Part shown: positions 23,020 through 35,605 of the stretch, piece by piece
Layout: every line of letters begins with the position of its first letter
How positions within the stretch are numbered: position 1 is the first letter of the stretch
NCBI RefSeq assembly: GCF_963921235.1
Contig: NC_086109.1
Location: 31,994,001 to 32,058,000, forward strand
Reading direction: 5' to 3'
DNA: 64,000 bases
DNA from: Mobula hypostoma
Taxonomy: Eukaryota
Notes under the pieces: model-generated
Seen by the model: the letters and a program-made list of their open reading frames with translations, nothing else
Databases searched by the model: none
What the model was told of the DNA's origin: nothing
Translations under genes and position numbers: made by a program

Positions 23020-25905
23020 CTGAAGGCTTTGTGTGTCAATGCAAGGAGCATTCGTAATAAGGTGGATGAATTGAAAGTGCAGATTGTTATTAATGATTAT
23101 GATATAGTTGGGATCACAGAGACATGGCTCCAGGGTGACCAAGGATGGGAGCTCAACGTTCAGGGATATTCAATATTCAGGAGGGATAGACATGAAGGAA
23201 GGGGAGGTGGGGTGGCATTGCTGGTTAAAGAAGAGATTAACGCAATAGAAAGGAAGGACATAAGCCGGGAAGATGTGGAATCGATATGGGTAGAGCTGTG
23301 TAACACTAAGGGGCAGAAGACGCTGGTGGGAGTTGTGTACAGGCCACCTAACAGTAGTAGTGAGGTCGGAGATGGTATTAAACAGGAAATTAGAAATGTG
23401 TGCAATAAAGGAACAGCAGTTATAATGGGTGACTTCAATCTACATGTAGATTGGGTGAACCAAATTGGTAAAGGTGCTGAGGAAGAGGATTTCTTGGAAT
23501 GTATGCGGGATGGTTTTTTGAACCAACATGTCGAGGAACCCACTAGAGAGCAGGCTATTCTGGACTGGGTTTTGAGCAATGAGGAAGGGTTAATTAGCAA
23601 TCTTGTCGTGAGAGGCCCCTTGGGTAAGAGTGATCATAATATGGTGGAATTCTTCATTAAGATGAAGAGTGACATAGTTAATTCAGAAACAAAGGTTCTG
23701 AACTTAAAGAGGGGTAACTTTGAAGGTATGAGACGTGAATTAGCTAAGATAGACTGGCAAATGAGACTTAAAGGATTGACGGTGGAAATGCAATGGCAAG
23801 CATTTAAAGGTTGCATGGATATACTACAACAATTGTTCATCCCAATTTGGCAAAAGAATAAATCAAGGAAGGTAGTGCACCCGTGGCTGACAAGAGAAAT
23901 TAGGGATAGTATCAATTCCAAAGAAGAAGCATACAAATTAGCCAGAGAAAGTGGCTCACCTGAGGACTGGGAGAAATTCAGAGTTCAGCAGAGGAGGACA
24001 AAGGGCTTAATTAGGAAGGGGAAAAAAGGTTATGAGAGAAGACTGGCAGGGAACATAAAAACTGACTGTAAAAGCTTTTAAAGATATGTAAAAAGGAAAA
24101 GACTGGTAAAGACAAATGTAGGTGTCCTACAGACAGAAATAGATGAATTGATTATGGGGAGCAAGGACATGGCAGACCAATTGAATAATTACTTTGGTTC
24201 TATCTTCACTAAGGAGGACATAAATAATCTTCCAGAAATAGTAGGGGACAGAGGGTCCAGTGAGATGGAGGAACTGAGCGAAATACATGTTAGTAGGGAA
24301 GTGGTGTTAGGTAAATTGAAGGGATTGAAGGCAGATAAATCCCCAGGGCCAGATGGTCTGCATCCTAGAGTGCTTAAGGAAGTAGCCCAAGAAATAGTGG
24401 ATGCATTAGTGATAATTTTTCAAAACTCGTTAGATTCTGGACTAGTTCCTGAGGATTGGAGGGTGGCTAATGTAACCCCACTTTTTAAAAAAGGAGGGAG
24501 AGAGAAACCCGGGAATTATAGACCGGTTAGCCTAACGTCGGTGGTGGGGAAACTGCTGGAGTCAAAGATGTGATAACAGCACATTTGGAAAGCGGTGAAA
24601 TGATCGGACAAAGTCAGCATGGATTTGTGAAAGGAAAATCATGTCTGACGAATCTCATAGAATTTTTTGAGGATGTAACTAGTAGAGTGGATAGGGGAGA
24701 ACCAGTGGATGTGGTATATTTGGATTTTCAAAAGGCTTTTGACAAGGTCCCACACAGGAGATTAGTGTGCAAACTTAAAGCACACGGTATTGGGGGTAAG
24801 GTATTGATGTGGATGGAGAATTGGTTAGCAGACAGGAAGCAAAGAGTGAGAATAAACGGGACCTTTTCAGAATGGCAGGCGGTGACTAGTGGGGTACCGC
24901 AAGGCTCAGTGCTGGGACCCCAGTTGTTTACAATATATATTAATGACTTGGATGAGGGAATTAAATGCAGCATCTCCAAGTTTGCGGATGACACGAAGCT
25001 GGGTGGCAGTGTTAGCTGTGAGGAGGATGCTAAGAGTGACTTGGATAGGTTGGGTGAGTGGGCAAATTCATGGCAGATGCAATTTAATGTGGATAAATGT
25101 GAAGTTATCCACTTTGGTGGCAAAAATAGGAAAACAGATTATTATCTGAATGGTGGCCGATTAGGAAAAGGGGAGGTGCAACGAGACCTGGGTGTCATTA
25201 TACACCAGTCATTGAAAGTGGGCATGCAGGTACAGCAGGCAGTGAAAAAGGCGAATGGTATGCTGGCGTTTATAGCAAGAGGATTCGAGTACAGGAGCAG
25301 GGAGGTACTACTGCAGTTGTACAAGGCCTTGGTGAGACCACACCTGGAGTATTGTGTGCAGTTTTGGTCCCCTAATCTGAGGAAAGACATCCTTGCCATA
25401 GAGGGAGTACAAACAAGGTTCACCAGATTGATTCCTGGGATGGCAGGACTTTCATATGAAGAAAGACTGGATGAATTGGGCTTGTACTCGTTGGAATTTA
25501 GAAGATTGAGGGAGGATCTGATTGAAACGTATAAAATCCTAAAGGGATTGGACAGGCTAGATGCAGGAAGATTGTTCCCGATGTTGGGGAAGTCCAGAAC
25601 TAGGGGCCACAGTTTGAGGATAAAGGGGAAGCCTTTTAGGACCGAGATTAGGAAAAACTTCTTCACACAGAGAGTGGTGAATCTGCGGAATTCTCTGCCA
25701 CAGGAAACAGTTGAGGCCAGTTCATTGGCTATATTTAAGAGGGAGTTAGATATGGCCCTTGTGGCTACGGGGATCAGCGGGTATGGAGGGAAGGCTGGGG
25801 CAGGGTTCTGAGTTGGATGATCAGCCATGATCATAATAAATGGCGGTGCAGGCTCGAAGGGCCGAATGGCCTACTCCTGCACCTATTTTCTATGTTTTTA
25901 TGTTT
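23020..25905 (+). mobile_element. Young CR1 LINE: nearly complete ORF2 (APE+RT), ORF1 absent
   Basis: NARSIRNK, GITETWL, VYRPP, MGDFN, SDHN (APE); KSPGPDG, NYRPVSLTS, YLDFQKAFDKVPH, SGVPQGSVLGP, FADDTKL; nonsense at 24079-24081, frameshift ~24565; TTCTATGTTT tail. Confidence 0.96.
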
Positions 25906-25985
25906 AAATGCTTCCCAATCCAAAGTTTTCATCACTCTTATACAATTTCTTATCTACCTTTTCCCTCTCTATCTCTGTCCCACAG

Positions 25986-25993
25986 AGAACGAG
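25986..25993 (+). other. Candidate microexon AGAACGAG
   Basis: Long pyrimidine tract + CACAG acceptor, then AGAACGAG, then GAG|GTAAGC donor; TGCATG at 26065-26070. Confidence 0.35.
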
Positions 25994-27194
25994 GTAAGCC
26001 ATTTACAGTGTCAAGCTTCAGCACCTATGTTCTCTGTGAGCTGTGTGCAGTTCCTCTTTTACCTTGCATGCAGAATGGCAAGTTTCCATCCTGGAGTTTT
26101 ATGAAGCCGTTGCTAGGCTGGTATCCAGGCGTGAGTTTCCTGTCGTTCACGTTGGCCTACAGTTTGTGGCTCTGGCCAGTTGAGCCTGTTACAGACATTC
26201 ATTTCCTGCCACCAAACCTGTTGAAGCCCCGTTTATCTCACAAGTACATGTACATCCCCGCATCTCTCTCTGTTATGCTACAGAACTAAAAACTCACTAC
26301 TCAAAAAAAAGTACTAACCCAGGATCCATCAATCCGGCATAAAGTGCTGCAAGTTACTAATTGCACTGAGTCATTACTCATGACATTGTAAAAATCAGTG
26401 ATTAAAAATAACTCTCATTTTGAAGTCCCATTATTTATTTTTGCAGCATCAAGAATTAAATCCATTGATTGAAAGGAATAATTATCTCAAAAATTGGAGA
26501 GCTTGACACTGAAAATAATAAATGTGATGACCTCCTCACAGCCTGTTCACTTTTCTCATTTTACCTTCCCCAGTTTGCTTCATTTAGGTTGAGTTCAACC
26601 CATGTAATGAATTAAAACAAAATTATACTGTAGTTAGTTCATAAAAATGACAACTAGTAAGAAACATTAAAATGCTTTAGTTGTGTAAATCTTTCAGTTT
26701 GGGTCTTTGGCTTAATAGTCATTGTTTCAAATAACCTATTCATTTATATCATTTTAAAGAAATGTGACTAAGCAAACACTACACATTCTTTTATTTGAGG
26801 TATATGGACTTCAGTTACCTCGGAATGTCCTAGCAATTGACCACAAATCATTTTTAAAAAACTTGAGGTGATAAACAAGCCATAATTCTTACAACATAAT
26901 AAATCCATAATACAATTCAGACTGTTAGCTATTGACTTTGTTAAAATCAGGAATGAACTCGTAAGGTAAATAATTAAACTCCTGGCTGTTATTTTCCACC
27001 TAGCCTTCTCCCTCCAAATATAACACATGGGAACCATTTGCAAAAGCAGCAAGGGAAAAATAATGAAGAGAAATCAAATAGAATGGGGTCAACATTTTAC
27101 CATCAGCAATCGCATGCCCGTCACAGAGAGAGGCTTATTTTTAGCTTGTACTTGTGTACCAGTGGACATTTACAATATGCACTATACGCAAGAG

Positions 27195-27295
27195 CAGCAC
27201 ACATGAAAGGCTGGAGAAGCTCGGCAGGTCAGGCACCATCTATGGCGGGAAATAAACAGTCAACGTTTCGGGCTGAGATCCTTCATCAGGACTCC
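27195..27295 (-). mobile_element. PLE pLTR remnant with hammerhead-like motif
   Basis: Reverse complement AGTCCTGATGAAGGATCTCAGCCCGAAACGTTGACTG followed by PLE tail. Confidence 0.7.
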
Positions 27296-27734
27296 ACTAG
27301 CATCAAGGTGATAAGGTAATCTCATCTTTTTCCCTGAAATTTAGATAAAGACATACATTGGCATTCTGCATATAGTCTGACTAACTACATATGTACTTTA
27401 ATTTAGTTATTTACTGGGTGTTTACAGTTGAACTATTCTAAAACAGATTTTTAAATTTCTGATTTAGTTTTTTTGCTTTTCAGTTTAGGGCATTCAGAAA
27501 TATTAAATAACACAGCAGAGAACAACAGGTCTGCTCAGAACTCAAACAAACACAAATTGACCTTTTCTTTCTTGCAAACATGCTCCTTACTCGCTGTTTT
27601 AACTTCAGTTGTAAGGAAACAAAGGAGTGCCTATCCACATTGCTTCTCAGCCAAGTCTGTACTCAAATGGTCATTCCAAGCGCGGTCCTGGACTTGCCAT
27701 ATTGACGGATCCTGGATTAAAATCAGAGGATAAA

Positions 27735-28270
27735 AGACAAAGAACAGGGAATGGATTTGACTGGCAAGAGGAGGAAAATGGTGCTCCCTAGGTCTTGCCC
27801 TGGATCCTCAACTTTTCATCATATTAATGAACAGCTTGGGTAAAGGAAAAGTATATGTCATCTGCAAGTCCCAAATTACTAGGAAATAGATAGTATTGTG
27901 AGTGTAGTGGGAAGTTGAAAGAGAATATGTAGAATGACTGAGTGGCATGATAATGACAAATGGAGTTTTTTTTGTGGAATTATTCGCTTTGGCCTCAAGG
28001 AAGATGTGTTCTAATACCTCATCGAATGTGGAAAATCTGTGAACAGTTGAGGTGCAAAGATGCCTGTGAGTACGTGCAAATGTACAGCAAGTAGAGACTT
28101 GCAGAAATAAACTGGAGCTTTGAATATAAAGCGAAATTTGATAAAGATCAATAACAAGACTCCATATATAAATGGAACCACACACTTCAGGAAGAATTGC
28201 ATAGTCCAAAAGAAGTTGCAAAGGATTAAATAGATACGAGAAGAGGCTGCATAAATTTAGCTTAAAGTGT
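27735..28270 (+). mobile_element. Very old CR1 RT remnant
   Basis: Degenerate similarity to the GVPQGSVLGPQLF and EWA..WQMEF regions. Confidence 0.4.
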
Positions 28271-28669
28271 TTTGATCATAGAAATTTGTATATGAAAGAT
28301 ACATTTGATTCATTTGAGTTAATACTGTATAAATACTCTGCAGCTGGGACAATCAAAATAAAGAAATTGTCTAGAGGTTCACCAACAATCAACAACATTA
28401 AACATACTATAAAGTTAAGTAGTCTGTGTGAATGATTTGTTTGCTTTCATTCCTGACCAAATCTCAGAAAGAGATAAGAATGTAAAATCACTCCTACTAG
28501 CTCATTTAAATTAAGCAAATTAGATGAATTGCTAGACATAAAGTTAAAATTAGTGCAAATGGTTCAAGAGTCTAACAGGAAGCAACCTTATCTGCCAAAT
28601 GATAGTAGAAACAAGAACTTATTTCTCCACCACCACCTCTACTCCATCTCCAACATACAGACAGGCAAA

Positions 28670-29010
28670 TTCTGATTTATTTATCACATGTGCAATGAAA
28701 CATACAATGAAATATATAATTTCTCCTAACAATCAACACAACACGGATGTACTAGAGGTAGCCCACAAGTGACCAGTGCCAACATAGCATGCCCACAATG
28801 TTCTGCACAACAACACAAACAGCAACAGCAACAACAAAACAACAACAGCAAAATAAGTCCCTTTCCCAACCTCCCACCCACCCACTCTTACAAACACAGA
28901 CAGGTCTCCAACCTCAGGGCAGGCTACCTCCAGGCCTCCAGTCCTTGGCCCCGAACTCAGACTCACAGATATCAGGCCTCCAACTTCAGGCTTCTCCAGG
29001 ACGGGAATTA
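28670..29010 (-). mobile_element. Non-autonomous retroposon 3' part (Rex1-like tail)
   Basis: Minus strand ends TTTCATTGTATGTTTC..ACATGTGATAAATAAATCAGAA; contains a GTT-rich microsatellite. Confidence 0.5.
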
Positions 29011-29594
29011 ACACACATCACCCTGGATGTTTTTTTTTAATGCTGGCTCATTTGAAGTATATAGAACTGACAAAGATTTTGATTAAGAATAGGTATCAAG
29101 GGACATGGAGCCAAACAACGTATAGATCAGTCTTGTTATAATCAATTAATAGATTCAAGTAGCTGTGGTATCAAAATTTGTGTGGAGCGCAGACCCCAGT
29201 TTATATCCAATAGTTATCTCATTCCAATGCTAATGTCCCTCTAATACCATTCATATCCAGCTGTCAATCACTCCATTAAACATATTTTTACTTTGTTGAT
29301 CCAACTCCAACACAAATAGGAAGGGACATCAATTCAACATCAAAGCGAATCAATCTGTCAACAGATTGGACTAATCAATTCCATTATGCACAACATTATA
29401 AAAATCAGTGCTTAAAAATAACATTGCCACGTTGACGTCCCTTTTCCTATTTTCGCAGAGGCAAGCTATGTTATTATTACTGGTCTAGCCCTCACCTGGT
29501 GCTCACTCCATTTTCTTCAATTACCTTCCAATGTTAGAGATACTAATGTCACCATCAACAGAACTTAGTCACAACTCTATAAGTATATACAAAT

Positions 29595-30918
29595 GCCAGA
29601 AATGCTTTGAGAGGTTGGTCATGACTAGACTGAACTCCTGCCTCAGCAAGGTCCTGGACCCATTGCAATTTGCCTCTCATCACAATAGGTCAAGGGCAGA
29701 TGCAATCTCAGTGGCTCTTCACATGGCTTTAAACCACCTGGACAACACAAACACCTATGTCAGGATGCTGTTCATCGACCATAACTCAGCATTTAATACC
29801 ATCATTCCCACAATCCTGTTTGATGTTGCAGAACCTGGGCCTCTGTACCTCCCTGTGCAATTGGATCCTCAACTTCCTAACCCAAAGACCACAGTCTGTG
29901 TGGATTGGTGATAACATCTCCTCCTTGCTGACGATCAACACTGGTGCATCTTAGGGGTGTGTGCTCAGCCCTCTGCTCTTCTCTCTCTATACCCATGACT
30001 GTGTGGCTAGGCATAGCTCAAATACCATCTACAAACTTGCTAATGATACAACCACTGTTGGTAGAACCTCAGGTGGTGACGTGGGGGCATACAGAAGCAA
30101 AATGTACCAACTAGTGGAGAGGTGTCACAGCAACAACCTGGCAATCAACGTCAGTAAGATGAAAGAGCTGACTGTGGACTTCAGGAAGGGTAAGATGAAG
30201 GAACACATAACAATCCTCATAGAGGAATCAAAAGTGGAGAGAGTGAGAAGTTTCATGTTCCTGGGTGTCAAGATCTCTGAGGACCTAACTGGTCCCAACA
30301 TATTGATGCAGTTATAAAGAAGGCAAGACAGGGACTATACTTTATTAGGAGTTTGAAGAGATTTGGTATATCAACAAATACACTCAAAAACTTCTGTAGA
30401 CGTACCGTGGAGAGCATTCTGACAGGCTGTATCACAGTCTTGTATGGGGAGGGGGTGGCAGACTACTGCACAGGACTGAAGGAAGCTGCAGAGGGTTGTA
30501 AATTTAGTCGACTCCATCTTGGAGTAACCTGGACATCTTCAAGGAGCTGTGTCTCAGAAAAGCAGCGTCCATTATTAAGGACCTCCAGCACCCAGGGCAT
30601 GACTTTTTCTCACTGTTACCATTAGGTAGGAGGTACAGAAGCCTGCAGGCACACACTCAGCGATTCAGGGACAATTTCTTCCCCTCTGCCATCCGATTCC
30701 TAAATAGACGTTGAACCCTTGAACACTACCTCACTTTTTAAATATATGTTATTTGTGTTTCTGCACGATTTTAATCTATTCAATATATGAATACTGTAAT
30801 TTATTTAATTATATTTTTTTCTCTTCTATATTATGTATTGCATTGTACTGCTGCTACTAAGTTAACAAATTTCACGACGCATGCCACTGATAATAAACCT
30901 GATTCTGATTCTGATTCT
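29595..30918 (+). mobile_element. Rex1 LINE, second 5'-truncated copy
   Basis: Frameshifted RT pieces ([30 protein letters not shown]) colinear with 13955-15315; (GATTCT)n tail. Confidence 0.92.
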
Positions 30919-32629
30919 AAAATCAATTTTCTTCAATTACTGAAGCTATATCAAGCAAATACGGCTCCTTATTTCTGTAATTCAATAATGTATCGGAACA
31001 TTCACCCTTGAATGGTGATTCTTTTTTAAATCCTTTCAAGCCAAAGACTTCATACTGAAATAATGCAGAACTCCGTTCATATTCCTCCTTGACTGCTGTA
31101 TGCAATTTACTCACTAACATATAAAGGAGATGCTTAAACAATTACAAGTTGTATTCCTTGCAATGTACAACTAAATTATGAGGAAACACGAAGGTCAACG
31201 TATAAGATGACTCAAGTGATCAATGTCTTGAAAATTCATCTCCTAAGATATGTGCATTTTCATTGTAAAATCAATGCTAAAGGACAGATCAGTGTTGTAT
31301 AATTTTACTCCCTGTTAAAATACTCCTCTTTTTTTATTCTAATGTCTACATAATCTACTGTGCTATATTTGGTAAACCAGATAACCAGTGGCTAGTTGAC
31401 CCTAAAAGAGACCAACACTCCTTTTATTTCTGTGATTCACAATCAGTCAAAGGCCAATCAATCCAAATTTCCAAACATGATCAAATGATCCATCTTTTTG
31501 TTAGGTTTGACTTAATTTTAAATTCACCATTGAAAAACACCGATGCTACAGAAGATCAATGACTGGGGATGAATTTGCAGGTTCTAACGTATATCAGCAA
31601 AATAATAGTCACACCAGCTTTTATTTTTGCATGTACAGCAATTATCATCAGAAATGGAAATCAATTTAGTTAAGGGGTAGGGGAAGAGCTCAAACATACA
31701 CTAAATAAAAAAATGAATTGTTCTGTGTGGTTTCATATCTTGGGCTCAGATGTTCAACCCTCGCTTCTTTTATAATAAGGATATTGAATTCTTAACAGCT
31801 GCCACAGAATTTACTCAGCAAAGTTGATATTCTCATGGTTGAATGATTGATAGTTCTGGGTAATTTTCCAACAAGGTTCAATACAAAGCAATCCATGGCC
31901 TCCGGTCGTTCCTTTCGTCTTAGACGAGATGAAATAAAGTTCTTCAGCTACCAGTGTAATAATGCTTAGTGGGGAGGTTTACTTTAAGAGATGTAATTCT
32001 GTCATCATTAGATGGCAAGAATAAAATTGGATGTACACTGAGAACATGGGATGAAAAATGCTAGATTGCAGATATGCTTATATTTCATGTTTGCATATGA
32101 TGTTCAGGCCAATATTGCAACAGTGCAGGTGTAGAAAAAAAATTGCTCTAATTATATAGGATTTGGAAGCCTACGTCTAGACTTAAGCATAAAAATCTGG
32201 TCTTCTTACCTAAAAAGTGGATAGATTGTGACTGAGAGACTAAAGTAAAGATTTGACATTTGCCAGATTTGTCATGTGCAATGTAATAAGAATAGGTTCA
32301 TTGTCTCCTTAGTATAAAAAGGATTGGAAGTGATCTTAATAAAATGTATAAAACTTCTATGAGCTGACAGATTGATGCTGCAATAATGTTTCTACTGCCT
32401 GAGTTGTCTGGATGCTATCAAACTTTAAGATACTGTCTGGAGTTTAGCCATTGGCACATATCTCCTGTTAGGGTCACCCATGGTAGTAAGGTCAAGCAGG
32501 AGATTCCAGACAAAGAGCAATCCAACCAAGACCTCAGCAGTGGAGCTGTCAGAAGATGATGACACATAACAACAGCAATGAAGATGGAGGAAGGCTGCAG
32601 CAGTGAAGGGTCTCTAGGCATTATGGGAA

Positions 32630-35605
32630 TGTGGTTTTGTAACTCTAGAAACTAATGGAAAGAAAACATGGGAGAAAGGATGATGCATATCTACACTGTT
32701 GCACTTTTAGTGAGGCTTGCACATATGTAGTGGCATAATGACATACTTGTGTAAGTATTGTGCATCAATGCTGTGACCACAGCAAGTGGCTTAAAGAATT
32801 CACACTTGTTGCATCATGCGATGAGCCCATAATCTTCTAAACTTTTAACACTGTCCTGAGATTTTGGAGATGACTCTTCTCATCCTTACCAGTAAAACTT
32901 ATTTCATCCAGGCAACACTGAGTGCCTGGGACAGCTTTACATGGTCCATAGCTTTTTGCCAGAGTGCAGGTGCAGATTCTACTCCAAAAATAAGCCTAAA
33001 ATAGTAATAAAACCCTTTGTGAGTGTTTATAGTGAGAAACACATTGGACACTTCTACATTATGTATTGCATAATATACATAATATATTGAAGTATTTCAC
33101 CCCTGCAAGGTTTGCAAAGATATCTTCTGTCCTGGGCAGAGGGTATTGATCTACTTTGAGTACTGGTTTGATAATGACATTAAAATCACTACAGATCCTG
33201 ACAGATCCATTCTTCTTGGCTACTGGGACTACTGGCTTTGCCCATGGGTTCCATTCAAACTTGGAAAGAACTCCTTCATCGTCATGCAATCTAGATCACT
33301 GGCCGCTTTATCGCAGATGGTATAAGGAACCGAATGGGCTTTGCGAAACTTGGCTGTGGCATTTTCATTTAGCACTATCTTACCCTTGATATGTTTGAGT
33401 TTTCCAATGTCTTCCTTGAACACTGCTGTGGCATTATCCAGTACCTTTCTTAACGTGCCTTCAGTTGACTCTGTTACAGGTGATGCAGCATGTAAATAGT
33501 GGATGGATCTCCAATCAAGTTGTAGTTTTCTCAGCCAATCATTGCCCCACAAAGCTGACCCTCCTCTTTTTACCACATACAAGCCCAATGTGGCTTGTTG
33601 GTTGTTGTATTTCACTGTTACACATATCATTCCCACAGGAGTTATCTATTCTCCCATATAGCGTAAGCTCTTAGTTGGATATCTGTAGGTTTTGTTCAAT
33701 ATCTTCAAAATGCCGTTCAAACTCATTTTGTGAAATGACTGAAATAGCCAATCCAGTGACCAATTCCTTTTTAATTAATTTGCTGTTTATTTCTGGCGTA
33801 GGCCATATTGATTGTCTCTTGTTAGTTTTCACATTTAAATCTCAAAGCTATCTAGTCCTGCGCCGCTGTCTTTATTATCAAAATTTTCATCAACAGCATG
33901 CAGATTAGTGCTCTTTCTGAAACTGCAACATAACATTTTATTTTTTTCTCCTCCTCATGCAAGCCATTTATTTTTGACTGCCCAACATGCTGTTTGTAAG
34001 TGTTCAACTTTGTTGCATTTTCTGTAAACTTTAAACCTGCATTGGTCTGGTGCATGTGAGCTCTTCCCACAACAGCAACACAACTTGTTCAGCCAGGCAG
34101 GTGTCTGTTTAGATGTTGCAATTTTGTTCATACTCACTTTCATTACTGGCTGCAACTCCATTGTGTCTCTGGCTAATGTTTCCATTGATACAGTTATTTC
34201 AACTGCTCTTTTAAATGAGTTGTGCTTCAGTTAAGAGCCGTTTTTTGAATGCTTCCTTGTAAGATTCCACAAACCAAATGATCTCTCAGTACATCATTAA
34301 ACCAATGTCAGACACTTTCTTCAATCCAGCCATAAATGATGAAATGGACTCTCCTTCCTTTTGATTCTGCTTATGAAACCTAAAGTGTTCTGCAATCAAC
34401 AGCAGGTTTGGTTCTAAATGTTCCTGCATTATGTTCACAATATCAGCAAGGCTCATTTTGGCTGGTTTGGTTGGGGCAGTTAAACTCTAAAGAAATTGTA
34501 TTCTTTTCCACCGATTGCACTCAGTAACACTGGTACTTGCTTTTCATTGGCTATTTCATTTGCTTTAAAATACTGCTCAATTCATTCAGTATACAGTCGG
34601 CCCTGCATATCCGTGGGGGTTTGGTTCCAGGACCCCCACCCCCGAAGATGCTCAAGTCCTGTATATAAAATGGCGTAGTATTTGCATATAACCTACGCAC
34701 ATCCTCCCGTATACTTTAAATCATCTCTAGGTTACTTATAATAACTAATACAATGTAAATGCTACGTAAATAGTTGTTATACTGTATTACTTAGGGAATA
34801 ATGACAAGAAAAAAAAGTCTGTACATGCTCCGTACAGACGCAACCATCGTAGCTCTTCTGGGAATGCTGATGCTGCCTCGGCATCAGTCGACGCCGATTC
34901 TCCCGTGATCTTTCATTTCTTGAGGCTGTAGCACTTTACATAGCTAGCCAGCCATCCCTTACTAGCAAACTCCTTCCTCTCACTCACAACACATGTAGCG
35001 AACGAAAGAGACGCGAGGCGAACAATGCTCAAACAATGAGTGCTGGAGAGAGAACTTCTGGGGTTTTTTTTATCCCGATCTGCAGCTGGTTGAATCCGTA
35101 GATGCAGAGGGCTGACTGCACACCAACCAGTTGTTCATTGTGCAAGCGAATGCATGTATCTTTCTGATGTAGACAGCTACTTCTGCTGTTTTATTAACAT
35201 CATCATCGTCGTCACCCGGTACTCATTGTTTATGAACCCATGAATTTCGTCTGTTTTCTGACTTTATTTTAAACTTAAATGTCTCTCTCCCGCCTCTGAA
35301 AAAAATAACATGTTGAGCCTAGCAGGTAGGTAATCATCTTGGGTTCATTTTAAAACTTGCTCATTGCTACTGTTAAGTTTTGTAACTCTCTAAACTGATA
35401 AAAAGCAAAACATGGGAACCTGGATGATGTGCATCTACTATTTTTATGTTAGTGAGGCCTGCATATATGACCTGGTGGCATAATGACATATGCCATTCAC
35501 AAACATCTTACATATAACCTGTAATGAATTATGTAAACAAAGTATATAATCAAACAATATATTTACAATATTTCTCAAATATTACTAAAATATTAAATAC
35601 ACCAC
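32630..35605 (-). mobile_element. Decayed, internally deleted Gypsy/Ty3 LTR retrotransposon (K02A2.6-like gag-pol)
   Basis: Related LTRs at ~32630-32750 and 35371-35605 (TTTTGTAACTCT..TTAGTGAGGC..GTGGCATAATGACATA); gag IEQYFKANEI..HFRFHKQNQKEGES, two CCHC-like knuckles, protease region, RT KKNGSVRICSDF..YPLPRTEDIFANL. Confidence 0.88.
34594..35118 (+). mobile_element. Tigger/pogo-family MITE (MER2-like) inserted in Gypsy gag
   Basis: TIRs CAGTCGGCCCT../..AGGGCTGACTG, TA on the left (CA on the right); internal sequence recalls human MER2; removing it rejoins gag WLV|YTE. Confidence 0.88.

Noticed and set aside
23160..25834. Antisense ORFs over CR1
   Set aside because: Shadow ORFs of ORF2
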